Source of the DNA: Eledone cirrhosa
Lineage: Eukaryota
NCBI GenBank assembly: GCA_964016885.1
Contig: OZ024761.1
Location: forward strand, 8,804,001 to 8,868,000
Direction of reading: 5' to 3'
Length of the DNA: 64,000 nucleotides
How positions within the stretch are numbered: position 1 is the stretch's first letter; every line of letters begins with the position of its first letter. A model generated the notes under the pieces. The model saw nothing but the letters and a program-made list of their open reading frames with translations. It had not been told where the DNA came from and did no database searches. This document shows positions 1 to 12,866 of this stretch, in pieces. The position numbers and the translations under genes are program-made.

Positions 1-2748
1 AGGTCACTTCTCATCAGCAGGAGTCACAGTAATTTGAGGTCACCTCTCATCAGCACAAGTCACAGTAATTTGAGGTCACTTCTCATCAGCACAAGTCACA
101 GTAATTTGAGGTCACTTCTCATCAGCAGGAGTCACAGTAATTTGAGGTCACCTCTCATCAGCACAAGTCACAGTAATTTGAGGTCACCTCTCATCAGCAC
201 AAGTCACAGTAATTTGAGGTCACCTCTCACCAGCACAAGTCACAGTAATTTGAGGTCACTTCTCATCAGCAGGAGTCACAGTAATTTGAGGTCACCTCTC
301 ATCAGCACAAGTCACAGTAATTTGAGGTCACTTCTCATCAGCAGGAGTCACAGTAATTTGAGGTCACTTCTCATCAGCAGGAGTCACAGTAATTTGAGGT
401 CACCTCTCATCAGCACAAGTCACAGTAATTTGAGGTCACCTCTCATCAGCACAAGTCACAGTAATTTGAGGTCACTTCTCATCAGCAGGAGTCACAGTAA
501 TTTGAGGTCACCTCTCATCAGCACAAGTCACAGTAATTTGAGGTCACTTCTCATCAGCAGGAGTCACAGTAATTTGAGGTCACCTCTCACCAGCACAAGT
601 CACAGTAATTTGAGGTCACTTCTCATCAGCAGGAGTCACAGTAATTTGAGGTCACCTCTCATCAGCACAAGTCACAGTAATTTGAGGTCACTTCTCACCA
701 GCACAAGTCACAGTAATTTGAGGTCACTTCTCATCAACAGGAGTCACAGTAATTTGAGGTCACCTCTCATCAGCACAAGTCACAGTAATTTGAGGTCACC
801 TCTCATCAGCACAAGTCACAGTAATTTGAGGTCACCTCTCACCAGCACGAGTCACAGTAATTTGAGGTCACCTCTCATCAGCAGGAGTCACAGTAATTTG
901 AGGTCACCTCTCATCAGCACAAGTCACAGTAATTTGAGGTCACCTCTCATCAGCACAAGTCAGTAATTTGAGGTCACCTCTCATCAGCACAAGTCACAGT
1001 AATTTGAGGTCACCTCTCATCAGCACAAGTCACAGTAATTTGAGGTCACCTCTCACCAGCACAAGTCACAGTAATTTGAGGTCACCTCTCATCAGCACAA
1101 GTCACAGTAATTTGAGGTCACCTCTCACCAGCACAAGTCACAGTAATTTGAGGTCACCTCTCATCAGCACAAGTCACAGTAATTTGAGGTCACTTCTCAT
1201 CAGCAGGAGTCACAGTAATTTGAGGTCACCTCTCATCAGCACAAGTCACAGTAATTTGAGGTCACCTCTCATCAGCACAAGTCACAGTAATTTGAGGTCA
1301 CTTCTCATCAGCAGGAGTCACAGTAATTTGAGGTCACCTCTCATCAGCACAAGTCACAGTAATTTGAGGTCACTTCTCATCAGCACAAGTCACAGTAATT
1401 TGAGGTCACTTCTCATCAGCAGGAGTCACAGTAATTTGAGGTCACCTCTCATCAGCACAAGTCACAGTAATTTGAGGTCACCTCTCATCAGCACAAGTCA
1501 CAGTAATTTGAGGTCACCTCTCATCAGCACAAGTCACAGTAATTTGAGGTCACCTCTCATCAGCACAAGTCACAGTAATTTGAGGTCACTTCTCATCAGC
1601 AGGAGTCACAGTAATTTGAGGTCACTTCTCATCAGCAGGAGTCACAGTAATTTGAGGTCACCTCTCATCAGCACAAGTCACAGTAATTTGAGGTCACTTC
1701 TCATCAGCAGGAGTCACAGTAATTTGAGGTCACTTCTCATCAGCAGGAGTCACAGTAATTTGAGGTCACCTCTCATCAGCACAAGTCACAGTAATTTGAG
1801 GTCACCTCTCATCAGCACAAGTCACAGTAATTTGAGGTCACTTCTCATCAGCAGGAGTCACAGTAATTTGAGGTCACCTCTCATCAGCACAAGTCACAGT
1901 AATTTGAGGTCACTTCTCATCAGCAGGAGTCACAGTAATTTGAGGTCACCTCTCACCAGCACAAGTCACAGTAATTTGAGGTCACTTCTCATCAGCAGGA
2001 GTCACAGTAATTTGAGGTCACCTCTCATCAGCACAAGTCACAGTAATTTGAGGTCACTTCTCACCAGCACAAGTCACAGTAATTTGAGGTCACTTCTCAT
2101 CAACAGGAGTCACAGTAATTTGAGGTCACCTCTCATCAGCACAAGTCACAGTAATTTGAGGTCACCTCTCATCAGCACAAGTCACAGTAATTTGAGGTCA
2201 CCTCTCACCAGCACGAGTCACAGTAATTTGAGGTCACCTCTCATCAGCAGGAGTCACAGTAATTTGAGGTCACCTCTCATCAGCACAAGTCACAGTAATT
2301 TGAGGTCACCTCTCATCAGCACAAGTCAGTAATTTGAGGTCACCTCTCATCAGCACAAGTCACAGTAATTTGAGGTCACCTCTCATCAGCACAAGTCACA
2401 GTAATTTGAGGTCACCTCTCACCAGCACAAGTCACAGTAATTTGAGGTCACCTCTCATCAGCACAAGTCACAGTAATTTGAGGTCACCTCTCACCAGCAC
2501 AAGTCACAGTAATTTGAGGTCACCTCTCATCAGCACGAGTCACAGTAATTTGAGGTCACTTCTCATCAGCACAAGTCACAGTAATTTGAGGTCACTTCTC
2601 ATCAGCACAAGTCACAGTAATTTGAGGTCACCTCTCATCAGCACAAGTCACAGTAATTTGAGGTCACCTCTCACCAGCACGAGTCACAGTAATTTGAGGT
2701 CACCTCTCACCAGCACGAGTCACAGTAATTTGAGGTCACCTCTCACCA
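1..2748. repeat. 36-bp minisatellite array (~76 units) with a 1366-bp higher-order duplication
   Basis: Unit AGGTCAC(C/T)TCTCATCAGCA(CA/GG)AGTCACAGTAATTTG. The rare variant 'caacagg' occurs at 735 and 2101, and a 2-bp-deleted unit at ~960 and ~2326; both pairs are 1366 bp apart. Confidence 0.97.
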
Positions 2749-2892
2749 CCTTTGCTGAAGTCTTCCTTGGTCTTCCTCTACTGTGGCTTCCCTCCACTGG
2801 GATTTCATGGCACTTTTTCACCCAGCGATCATTGTCCACGTGCATCACACAACCATATCAATACACACTCATATGCATCACATGTCCATACC
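2722..2892 (-). mobile_element. RTE-clade LINE 3' fragment continuous with the 36-bp array
   Basis: Aligns by eye with the RTE copy at 18770-18910 (YGHVMHM..DRWVKKC..GRPRKT region). Confidence 0.8.
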
Positions 2893-2974
2893 AATGCATT
2901 TACATGAATATTTTAAGCACTGTGATATGGATATTAATCACTGCTCTCCCTTTTGTTTTGTTTTGTTCTTTCAG

Positions 2975-3046
2975 ATCAAGAGGGCGCTGATGTTAGGTGC
3001 TTCAGCTATCATTTTAATTACCTTAAACCCACAGATTCTCAAAGAG
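2975..3046 (+). CDS. RNF215: RNF215-like E3 ligase, internal exon (PA-like ectodomain) IKRALMLGASAIILITLNPQILKE
   Basis: tttcag| acceptor, |gtacct donor, phase 0/0. Resembles vertebrate RNF215 'RALRRGATAVLLLILNHNVVRE' as recalled. Confidence 0.85.
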
Positions 3047-3129
3047 GTACCTACTTTTTATGATCTTTTTTGTTTGTTTTGGTGGTGTGGGTCAATGCTC
3101 CTCTTTCTATGTGTTCTTCTCTCTCTCTC

Positions 3130-3560
3130 ATCACCGCCATCATCATCATTACTATTACCATCAACATCAGCACTGTTATCATTACCATCACCACCACCAC
3201 CACCACCACCATAATCACCATCACCACCACAACCACCACCACCACCATAAGCACCATCACCACCACCATAATCACCATCACCACCACCACCACCACCACC
3301 ACCACCATAAGCACCATCACCACAAGCACCATCACCACCACCATAATCACCATCACCACCACCACCACCACCATAATCACCATCACCACCACCACCACCA
3401 CCACCACCATAAGCACCATCACCACAAGCACCATCACCACCACCATAATCACCACCACCACCACCATCACCATCATAAGCACCATCACCACCACTATCAT
3501 CACATCGCCACAAACTCCTCCACCACCACCACCACCACCACCACCACCACCACCATCACT
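3130..3560. repeat. (CAC/CAT)n trinucleotide low-complexity tract
   Basis: Direct reading. Similar tracts lie at 6597-7240, 21830-23320, 34135-34545 and 47220-48745. Confidence 0.95.
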
Positions 3561-3588
3561 ATCATTGTTGTTGTTGTTGTCATTGCAG

Positions 3589-3674
3589 TTAGATGTTTCA
3601 CAAATCTTCTTCCATCCCATAATAATACTGGATGTTATGGACAATGTCACTGACCGCCTGTTGGCCCAGGGACA
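3589..3674 (+). CDS. RNF215: RNF215-like exon LDVSQIFFHPIIILDVMDNVTDRLLAQGQ
   Basis: ttgcag| acceptor, |gtaagt donor, phase 0/2. Resembles RNF215 'LDISQLLLRPVIVL..NVTKLL'. Confidence 0.88.
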
Positions 3675-4473
3675 GTAAGTAGACTCCTTTTACAGTTTTC
3701 TTGCTTATTTCACCATCATCAACAACCTATCTAACCCATACCACCTCCCATGGTCGTAGGGGTTAGATAGGTTGTTGTGTTCCAAGATAAAAAAAAAAAA
3801 AAAGATATGGTCAGATTTTACGGACAAAACCAACCGGTAGGAGACCGAACAAGGTGTTATTTAGTCTTCTAAGACATTTAATAGTGAGGGATATACTGGT
3901 CGTGAAGCATCCATTGAAAAGCATTGGACCAGTTGAGGTTAGAAAAAGCTATCTCACCGCTTTTCACAGGCGCCGCTAAACTCCACTGCAGGTTACTCCT
4001 CTTCCACATGCGTCCAACTGCTTAACACCGGGAGCTGCCCAAAACTCGCGTCCACACCGTTTGCTGGTCACCACTAGAGAGAGGCCCTCTGCTGGCCCTT
4101 CCGGTCGAGCATCCTTCCGGCCAAGCACCCTTCCGGTCGAGCACTCCCCCGCCTCCGGCCACCGCACGCCACACCATACCCACACCAGTAATTCTCTTCA
4201 CCTAATTGTGAAACAATTCTACTTGAAAGTTGTCTGAATGTTTCATAGTTATCATAGTAGGTTCGTAGATCTCCATTTATCCTTTTAATTGAGTTCGGTG
4301 AACCGTGCTATTTTTAGTCAGTATTTTCTTCATCCTGGCAGTTTCTGTTCATTATGATTTGAACGCATATAGTTATATATCTGTGTTCATTATATATATA
4401 TATGATGATGATGATGATGATGATGTGTATCAAAATGAAAATCCGAAGGCAAGGTAAAATTCCAATCATTTAA

Positions 4474-4547
4474 TCACGACACATGTTTCAATAAGAGATA
4501 GATCGATTGTGAAGCCATAATCGATTATCACTGATCTCATCAGGTGA
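4474..4547 (-). ncRNA. Type I hammerhead ribozyme motif (family A)
   Basis: tcac-CUGAUGA-long stem II-GAAAC-AUGU-GUC-gtga. Confidence 0.72.
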
Positions 4548-4666
4548 AAATGAATTGTCTTCAAATTCTTGATATGAGGGAGACTAACTGTGACTGACTG
4601 TATCCCTACAGATTTGATTGATGCCCAGCGTCTTTTGCAGCAATAGAAATGACAACTTTTATGACC

Positions 4667-4731
4667 TCAACTGAAGTTAATAGCAGTTGCCGTGTCTCTG
4701 ACTGGTGTGTCTTCATATGAGGGAATGAATT
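4667..4731 (-). CDS. Probable terminal coding exon of the DUF4638-like gene (E)FIPSYEDTPVRDTATAINFS*
   Basis: ttctctcacag| acceptor, phase 1 matches the 12867 donor, TGA stop. Unique sequence between repeats. Confidence 0.55.
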
Positions 4732-4754
4732 CTGTGAGAGAACAAGACCTTTGT

Positions 4755-5345
4755 CAGCCGCTCTCCAGATATCTATTTAAGGCTGTATACAGCTATGGTG
4801 TGACCACACTTAGAATTTGCATCACCAGTCTGGAACCCCTATCTTGCTCAGGACATTGACCGCTTGGAAACTGTTCAGAGACGTGCAACCAAGCGAATAC
4901 CCTCCATCAGGCATCTACCATACTCTGAGCGCCTTGCTTCCCTGGGCATGGATACATTGAAGCTCCAACGCCTGGCAACTGATTTGGTAAACACCCACAA
5001 AATTGTTAACCATCTTACCAACAACAACCCTGAGTACCTTTTCGATTTCCATGTGTCTAACACGCGTGGACATGCCCACAAAGTAAGAAAACAGCACAGT
5101 TCCCATGACTTTCGGAAACATTTTTTCACGCTCAGAGTTGCTGAAGCATGGAGCAAACTACCTGCATCAGTTGTTAGCTGTCGAGACACTGCATCCTTTA
5201 AGGCCTCCATGCTTCCCGAGATCCGCCAACAGAACAGCTAACACATACACACATGTACTTCCCTGACATTTGTGTATTATTCTATGTACTATATTGACGA
5301 GTTGTAGTGCACCTGAGCACTTTACACAATAATTTCATTATTATA
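4755..5345 (+). mobile_element. CR1/L2-group LINE 3' fragment
   Basis: LEFASPVWNPY...LETVQRRATK..LPYSERL..NTRGH..FFTLRV..WSKLP motifs and a short ATT tail. Confidence 0.9.
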
Positions 5346-5394
5346 ACATCGTTATTTTTCTCCCTCATATCAAGAATTTGAAGACAATTCATTT

Positions 5395-5468
5395 TCACCT
5401 GATGAGATCACTGATAATCGATTATGGCTTCACAATCGATCTATCTCTTATTGAAACATGTGTCGTGA
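5395..5468 (+). ncRNA. Type I hammerhead ribozyme motif (family A)
   Basis: Stem I tcac/gtga, CUGAUGA at 5399, GAAAC at 5453, palindromic ACAUGU loop III, GUC site. Confidence 0.72.
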
Positions 5469-5589
5469 TTAAATGATTGGAATTTTACCTTGCCTTCGGA
5501 TTTTCATTTTGATACTTATACTCCGTTTTACATCATGTAGCTGTTCCCTCGAATGGAATTGGAGATATACAAAAGCGTGGTGAACTTAA

Positions 5590-5782
5590 TAATTGTTTCT
5601 ACTTTAGGCACAAGGCCAGCAATTATCCCAGTGCATTACTGGTACTTTATTTTATCGACCCCGTAAGGATGAAAGGCAAAGTTAACCTAGGCGGGATTTG
5701 AACTCAGAATGGCAAGGGCCGTAACTCTATGCATCAAAGCATGGCGTCCAACCCTCTACCGATACTGCCAATCCACCGCCCT
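5590..5782 (-). mobile_element. tRNA-derived SINE family 3 (ATT tail)
   Basis: GAGTTCAAATCCC B-box, core CCGAGGTTAACTTTGCCTTTCATCCTT..GTCGATAAAAT. Further copies near 9400, 12610-12850, 14200-14490, 17603, 30590, 37560-38095, 48765-49140, 51343, 53605 and 57565. Confidence 0.85.
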
Positions 5783-5867
5783 TGGAGAACTTAATAATGC
5801 TAACATAAAGTTATTGGACCATTTTACACAACCAATAATGCACCTTACTATATAACAACTATATATC

Positions 5868-6218
5868 TGGAGGCACATGGCTTAGTGGTTAGAGCATTGG
5901 CCTCGCAATTGAAAGGTTGTGAGTTCAATTCTCAGACCGGGTGATGTGTTGTTTCCTTGAGCAAGACACTTTATTTCACATTGCTCCAGTTTACTCAGCT
6001 GTAGAAATGAGATGATAGGGACTGGGGTCCCTATCGTTCCACTGCAAAGTGGTCGTGGAGGTGCCACGGCAAAAAAAAGCACCCACCACTCACTGTAAAT
6101 GAGGTTGGTGTTAGGAAGGGCATCCAGCTGTAGAAATCAAGCCAGAATCAGTTCCCATCCCACCCTTGCAAGCAGGGAAAAAGTGGACGTTAAATGAAAT
6201 GATGATGAATGATGATGA
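5868..6218 (+). mobile_element. tRNA-derived SINE family 1 with RTE-type 3' tail
   Basis: TGGCTTAGTGG A-box, GAGTTCAATTC B-box, tail CCCACCCTTGCAAGCAGGGAAAAG..GGACGT+(GAT)n. Confidence 0.9.
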
Positions 6219-6356
6219 TATCTGTGTGTGTATATATCTGTGTGTGTATATATCTGTGTGTGTATATATCTGTGTGTGTATATATCTGTGTGTGTATATA
6301 TCTGTGTTACTGCTTCAGATTTCAATTTGTTAAAACTATTTCCTCTCATCCTGTAG

Positions 6357-6411
6357 GAAGTTGAAAGCCAAAGTGAAAATCATGTTTAATGGATCAAATG
6401 TTGACCTCCAG
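6357..6411 (+). CDS. RNF215: RNF215-like exon (Q)KLKAKVKIMFNGSNVDLQ
   Basis: ctgtag| acceptor, |gttaga donor, phase 2/0, matching both neighbouring exons. Confidence 0.78.
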
Positions 6412-6597
6412 GTTAGAGCTGCTGCTATGCCTTCTTTTTTGTTGTTGTTGCTGTTACTGCTGCCCTTGTTGTTGTTGTTGCTGTTGTTGCTGTCCTTGTT
6501 GTTGTTGTTGTTGCTGTTGTTGCTGGTAACACCCATGTCTACACTGGTCTGTCAAGCAGGCCATATGATCAACAGCTGTGACCCAATAACCATGCCC

Positions 6598-6633
<36 letters not shown>

Positions 6634-6649
6634 CACCACCACCACCACC

Positions 6650-6686
<37 letters not shown>

Positions 6687-6970
6687 GTACCACCACCACC
6701 ACCACCACCACCACCACCACTACCACTACCACCACCACCACCACCACCACCACCACCACCACCACCACTACTACCAGCACCAGCACCACCACCACCACCA
6801 CCACTACTACTACTACCACTACTACTACTACCACCACCACCACTACCACTACCACCACCACCACCACCACCACCACCACCACCACCACCACTACTACCAG
6901 CACCAGCACCACCACCACCACCACCACTACTACTACTACTACTACCACCACCACCACCACCACCACCACC

Positions 6971-7007
<37 letters not shown>

Positions 7008-7239
7008 GTACCACCACCACCACCACCACCACCACCACCACTACCACTACCACCACCACCACCACCACCACCACCACCACCACCACCACTACCACCACCA
7101 CCACCACCACCACCACCACCACCACCACCACCACTACCACCACCACCACCACCACCACCACCACCACCACCACCACCACCACTACTACTACTACTACCAC
7201 TACTACTACTACTACTAATACTACTACTACCACCACCAC

Positions 7240-8503
7240 CTCTCTATATAACACACACACTCTCTCTCCCTCTCTATATAACACACACACTCTCTCTCCC
7301 TCTCTATATAACACACACACACTCTCTCTCCCTCTCTATATAACACACACTCTCTCTCCCTCTCTATATAACACACACTCTCTCCCTCTCTATATAATAC
7401 ACACTCTCTCTCTCCCTCTCTATATAACACACATTCTCTCTCTCCCTCTCTATATAACACACACACTCTCTCTCCCTCTCTATATAACACACACACACTC
7501 TCTCTCCCTCTCTATATAACACACACTCTCTCTTTCCCTCTCTATATAACACACACTCTCTCTCTCCCTCTCTATATAACACACACACACTCTCTCTCCC
7601 TCTCTATATAACACACACTCTCTCTCCCTCTCTATATAACACACTCACTCTCTCCCTCTCTATATAACACACACACTCTCTCTCCCTCTCTATATAACAC
7701 ACACTCTCTCTCCCTCTCTATATAACACACTCACTCTCTCCCTCTCTATATAACACACACACTCTCTCTCCCTCTCTCTCTATATAACACACACACACTC
7801 TCTCTCCCTCTCTATATAACACACACTCTCTCCCTCTCTATATAGCACACACTCTCTCTCTCCCTCTCTATATAACACACTCCCTCTCTCCCTCTCTATA
7901 TAACACACACACACTCTCTCTCCTTCTCTATATAACACACTCTCTCTTTCCCTCTCTATATAACACACACTCTCTCTCTCCCTCTCTATATAACACACAC
8001 AAACTCTCTCTCCCTCTCTATATAACACACACTCTCTCTTTCCCTCTCTATATAACACACACTCACTCTCTCCCTCTCTATATAACACACACACACTCTC
8101 TCTCCCTCTCTATATAACACACTCTCTCCCTCTCTATATAACACACACTCTCTCCCTCTCTATATAACACACACTCTCTCTCTCCCTCTCTATATAACAC
8201 ACACACACTCTCTCTCTCCCTCTCTATAACACACACATACACTCTCTCTCTCCCTCTCTATATAACACACACACTCTCTCTCCCTCTCTATATAACACAC
8301 ACTCTCTCTCTCTCCTTCTCTATATAATACACACTCTCTCTCCCTCTCTATATAACACACACTCTCTCTCTCCCTCTCTATATAACACACACTCTCTCTC
8401 TCCCTCTCTACAACACACAGACACTCTCTCTCTCCCTCTCTATATAACACACACTCTCTCTTTCCCTCTCTACAACACACAGACACTCTCTCTATATATA
8501 ACA

Positions 8504-8534
<31 letters not shown>

Positions 8535-9092
8535 TCTATATAACGTACTCTCTTTCTCTCTCTCTCCCTCTCTATATAACACACACTCTCTCTCTCTCCT
8601 TCTCTATATAACACACACTCTCTCTCTCCCTCTCTATATAACACACACTCTCTCTCCCTCTCTATAACACACAGACACTCTCTCTCCCTCTCTATATAAC
8701 ACACTCTCTCTCCCTCACTATATAACACACACACTCTCCCTCACTATATAACACACTCTCTCTCTCCCTCACTATATAACACACTCTCTCTCTCCCTCAC
8801 TATATAACACACTCTCTCTCTCTCATTATATAGCACACTCTCTCTCTCCCTCACTATATAACACACTCTCTCTCTCTCACTATATAGCACACTCTCTCTC
8901 CCTCACTATATAACACACTCTCTCTCTCTCACTATATAGCACACTCTCTCTCTCACTCACTATATAACACACACACTCTCCCTCACTATATAACACTCTC
9001 TCTCTCCCTCACTATATAACACACTCTCTCTCTCTCTCACTATATAGCACACTCTCTCTCTCTCCCTCACTATATAACACACACTCTCTCTC
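7240..9092. repeat. ~22-30-bp composite microsatellite array (CTCTCTATATAACACACA...)
   Basis: Direct reading. Confidence 0.95.
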
Positions 9093-9105
9093 CTCTGTTG
9101 TCCAG

Positions 9106-9213
9106 AAGTCCACAACAGTTACCCTGTGGTCAACCTGTGGTAGATCCAGTTGCTGGAGTTACCCAACATTGAACTGTGTAGTTTGTCTCTCCAACATCAA
9201 CAAAACCAGCAAG
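9106..9213 (+). CDS. RNF215: RNF215-like exon KSTTVTLWSTCGRSSCWSYPTLNCVVCLSNINKTSK
   Basis: gtccag| acceptor, |gtcagt donor, phase 0/0. Contains the RNF215-type 'TLW(S/T)TCG...VCL' motif. Confidence 0.9.
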
Positions 9214-9671
9214 GTCAGTCTTTCTTTTATTATATACTAGATCTACTACCTGGTGTTGCCCAGTAATAAAACACTGAATTGCTCCCCCAATTTGTTGAAT
9301 GAGAATTATAGTATTTCTGAATGAAATAAATGTATCAGAAACAATGGTTATATATACTAGACCAACTACCCAGTGTTGCTCAGTTATTAATATATCATAA
9401 ACAATGGCAGTATCGGTAGATCGTTGGACATCATGCTTGGCTGCATAGAGTTACCACCCTTAACATTCTGAATACAAATTCCGCCAAGGTTAGCTTTGCC
9501 TTTAATCTTTACAGTGTCGATAGATAAAGCACCAGTAATGCACTGGGGTTGATTTAATCAACTTTCCCTTCCCCCAAAATTGCTAGCCTTGTGCCTAAAT
9601 CAGAAACCATATTATTTGTAACATAGATACAGCTTTTTACAAATTTCATTGACAACACTGAGAGATCATCG

Positions 9672-12200
9672 CAGTTTCGATACTATGGACATGTGGTTAG
9701 AATGTCTCAGGAAAGAATCACTGGACAGATTTGTAGCTCAGAGATCAGAGAGTCACTCCAGGTAGAGCCACAACTTCTCCGAATTTAGAGATCACACCTC
9801 CGATACTCTGGACATGTGGTTAGAATGTCTCAGGAAACAATTGCTGGACAGATTTGTAGCTCAGAGATCAGAGAGTCACTCCAGGTAGAGCTGCTACTTC
9901 TCCGAATTTAGAGATCACAGCTTCGATACTCTGGACATGTGGTTAGAATGTCTCAGGAAAGAATTGCTGGACAGATTTGTAGCTCAGAGATCAGAGAGTC
10001 ACTCCAGGCAGAGCCACAACTTCTCCGAATTTAGAGATCACAGCTCCGATACTCTGGACATGGGGTTAGAATGTCTCAGGAACGAATTGCTGGACAGATT
10101 TGTAGCTCGGAGATCAGAGAATCACTCCAGGTAGAGCTGCTACTTCTCCAAATTTAGAGATCACAGCTCCGATACTCTGGACATGTGTTTAGAATGTCTC
10201 AGGAAAGAATTGCTGGACAGATTTGTAGCTCAGAGATCAGAGAGTCACTCCAGGTAGAGCTGTTACTTCTCCGAATTGAGAGATCACAGCTCCGATACTC
10301 TGGACATGTGGTTAGAATGTCTCAGGAAAGAATCACTGGACAGATTTGTAGCTCGGAGATCAGAGAGTTACTCCAGGTAGGGCTGCTACTTCTCCGAATT
10401 GAGAGATCACAGCTCTGATATTATGGACATGTGGTTAGAATGTCTCAGGAAAGAATCACTGGACAGATTTGTAGCTTGGAGATCAGAGAGTCACTCCAGG
10501 TAGAGCTGCTACTTCTCCGAATTGAGAGATCACAGCTCCGATACTATGGACATGTGGTTAGAATGTCTCAGGAAAGAATCACTGGACAGATTTGTAGCTC
10601 AGAGATCAGAGAGTCACTCCAGGTAGAGCTGTTACTTCTCCGAATTGAGAGATCACAGCTCCGATACTCTGGACATGTGGTTAGACAGAATGTCTCAGGA
10701 AAGAATTGCTGGACAGATTTGTAGCTCAGAGATCAGAGAGTCACTCCAGGTTGAGCTGTTACTTCTCCGAATTGAGAGATCACAGCTCTGATATTATGGA
10801 CATGTGGTTAGAATGTCTCAGGAAAGAATCACTGGACAGATTTGTAGCTCGGAGATCAGAGAGTCACTCCAGGTTGAGCTGTTACTTCTCCGAATTGAGA
10901 GATCACAGCTCTGATATTATGGGCATGTGGTTAGAATGTCTCAGGAAAGAATCACTGGACAGATTTGTAGCTCGGAGATCAGAGAATCACTCCAGGTAGA
11001 GCTGCTACTTCTCCGAATTTAGAGATCACAGCTCCGATACTATGGACATGTGGATAGAATGTCTCAGGAAAGAATCGCTGGACAGATTTGTAGCTCGGAG
11101 ATCAGAGAATCACTCCAGGTAGAGCTGCTACTTCTCCGAATTTAGAGATCACAGCTCCGATGCTCTGGACATGTGGTTAGAATGTCTCAGGAAAGAATTG
11201 CTGGACAGATTTGTAGCTCAGAGATCAGAGAGTCACTCCAGGTAGAGCTGTTACTTCTCCGAATTGAGAGATCACAGCTCCGATACTCTGGACATGTGGT
11301 TAGAATGTCTCAGGAAAGAATCACTGGACAGATTTGTAGCTCGGAGATCAGAGAGTTACTCCAGGTAGGGCTGCTACTTCTCCGAATTGAGAGATCACAG
11401 CTCTGGTACTATGGACATGTGGTTAGAATGTCTCAGGAAAGAATCACTGGACAGATTTGTAGCTCGGAGATCAGAGAATCACTCCAGGTAGAGTTGCTAC
11501 TTCTCTGAATTGAGAAATCACAACTCTGATATTATGGACATGTGGTTACAATGTTTCAGGAAAGAATCACTGGACAGATTTGTAGCTCGGAGATCAGAGA
11601 GTCACTCCAGGTAGAGCTGCTACTTCTCCGAATTGAGAGATCACAGCTCCGATACTATGGACATGTGGTTAGAATGTCTCAGGAAAGAATCACTGGACAG
11701 ATTTGTAGCTCAGAGATCAGAGAGTCACTCCAGGTAGAGCTGTTACTTCTCCGAATTGAGAGATCACAGCTCCGATACTCTGGACATGTGGTTAGACAGA
11801 ATGTCTCAGGAAAGAATTGCTGGACAGATTTGTAGCTCAGAGATCAGAGAGTCACTCCAGGTCGAGCTGTTACTTCTCCGAATTTAGAGATCACAGTTCC
11901 GATACTCTGGACATGTGGTTAGAATGTCTCAGGAAAGAATCGCTGGACAGATTTATAGCTCAGAGATCAGAGAGTCACTCCAGGTAGATCCGCTACTTCT
12001 CCGAATTGAGAGATCACAGCTCTGATACTATGGACATGTGGTTAGAATGTCTCAGGAAAGAATTGCTGGACAGATTTGTAGCTCGGAGATCAGAGAATCA
12101 CTCCAGGTAGAGCTGCTACTTCTCCGAATTTAGAGATCACAGCTCCGATACTATGGACATGTGGATAGAATGTCTCAGGAAAGAATCGCTGGACAGATTT
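9672..12200 (+). repeat. 123-bp tandem array (~20 copies) derived from an RTE-like LINE C-terminal coding segment
   Basis: Period 123 (9690, 9813, 9936). The unit encodes SSEIRESLQVELLLLRIERSQLRYYGHVVRMSQERI. A 4-bp insertion variant recurs 1111 bp apart. Confidence 0.92.
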
Positions 12201-12380
12201 TATGGGCAAAACCATGTAGGAGACCCAGGGGTAGATCCTGAGCAAAATGGTTGGATAACATCCATGAGCTTGGCTGGTCACACTGGGAGACGGTTGCTTC
12301 AGACAGGACCTGCTGGAAGGAGTGTTTCAGGCCTCCTCCCTCCACAACCTTCACAGGAATAAGGGGGCAAAGAAGACGAA
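12200..12380 (+). mobile_element. Single-copy 3' end of the RTE-like LINE that seeded the 123-bp array
   Basis: Sequence continues into a degenerate RRPRGR..WLDNIHELGWS..DRTCW..PPQP end. Confidence 0.7.
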
Positions 12381-12866
12381 GAACACTGAATGAAAGAAGA
12401 AAGCTGAGCTGCAATATTGAGAAAAGAGGACAACAAACAGAATTTTATTTTTTTTTTAAATTTTTATTGAGTTGCTATTTTGCTAAGGGTATTTTAAGTG
12501 TTGCTATGGCGATGACTCTTCTTATCTTCCTCTGTCAAAATGAAAAAAAATTATAGTAAGGATTTACAATTGAAATAGAAATATAAGCTCTGCGGTAAAA
12601 TTGACTAAATATAATTGTTTCTACTTTTGGCCCCGTAAGGATGAAAGGCAAAGTTAACCTCGATTAATAATTGTTTCTACTTTTGGCACAAGGCCAGCAA
12701 TAACCCCCAGTGTATTACTGGTACTTTATTTTATCGAACCCCGTAAGGATGAAAGGCAAAGTTAACCACGGTGGGATTTCAACTCAGAACGTAAAGGGCC
12801 ATAACTCTAAAGCATGGCGTCCAAACGTCCGTCGATACTACCAATCCGCCAAAGAGATAGACATAC

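Larger units (their letters stand above)
4427..5515. repeat. 157-bp inverted repeat pair (4427-4583 / 5359-5515), each arm carrying a hammerhead motif
   Basis: Arms are reverse complements, with one mismatch seen. Confidence 0.93.

Noticed and set aside
34-2990. Long 12-aa-repeat ORFs
   Set aside because: They result from a stop-free 36-bp satellite frame, have no ATG start, are frameshifted at deleted units, and lie in an intron.
3051-3650. Gly-Tyr-rich and His-rich ORFs resembling structural proteins
   Set aside because: They are a CAC/CAT microsatellite filling the intron between two RNF215 exons; similar tracts recur throughout the window.
3960-4190. GC/CpG-rich patch as a promoter or coding exon
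   Set aside because: It is short and has no recognisable motif; more likely an unclassified transposon fragment.
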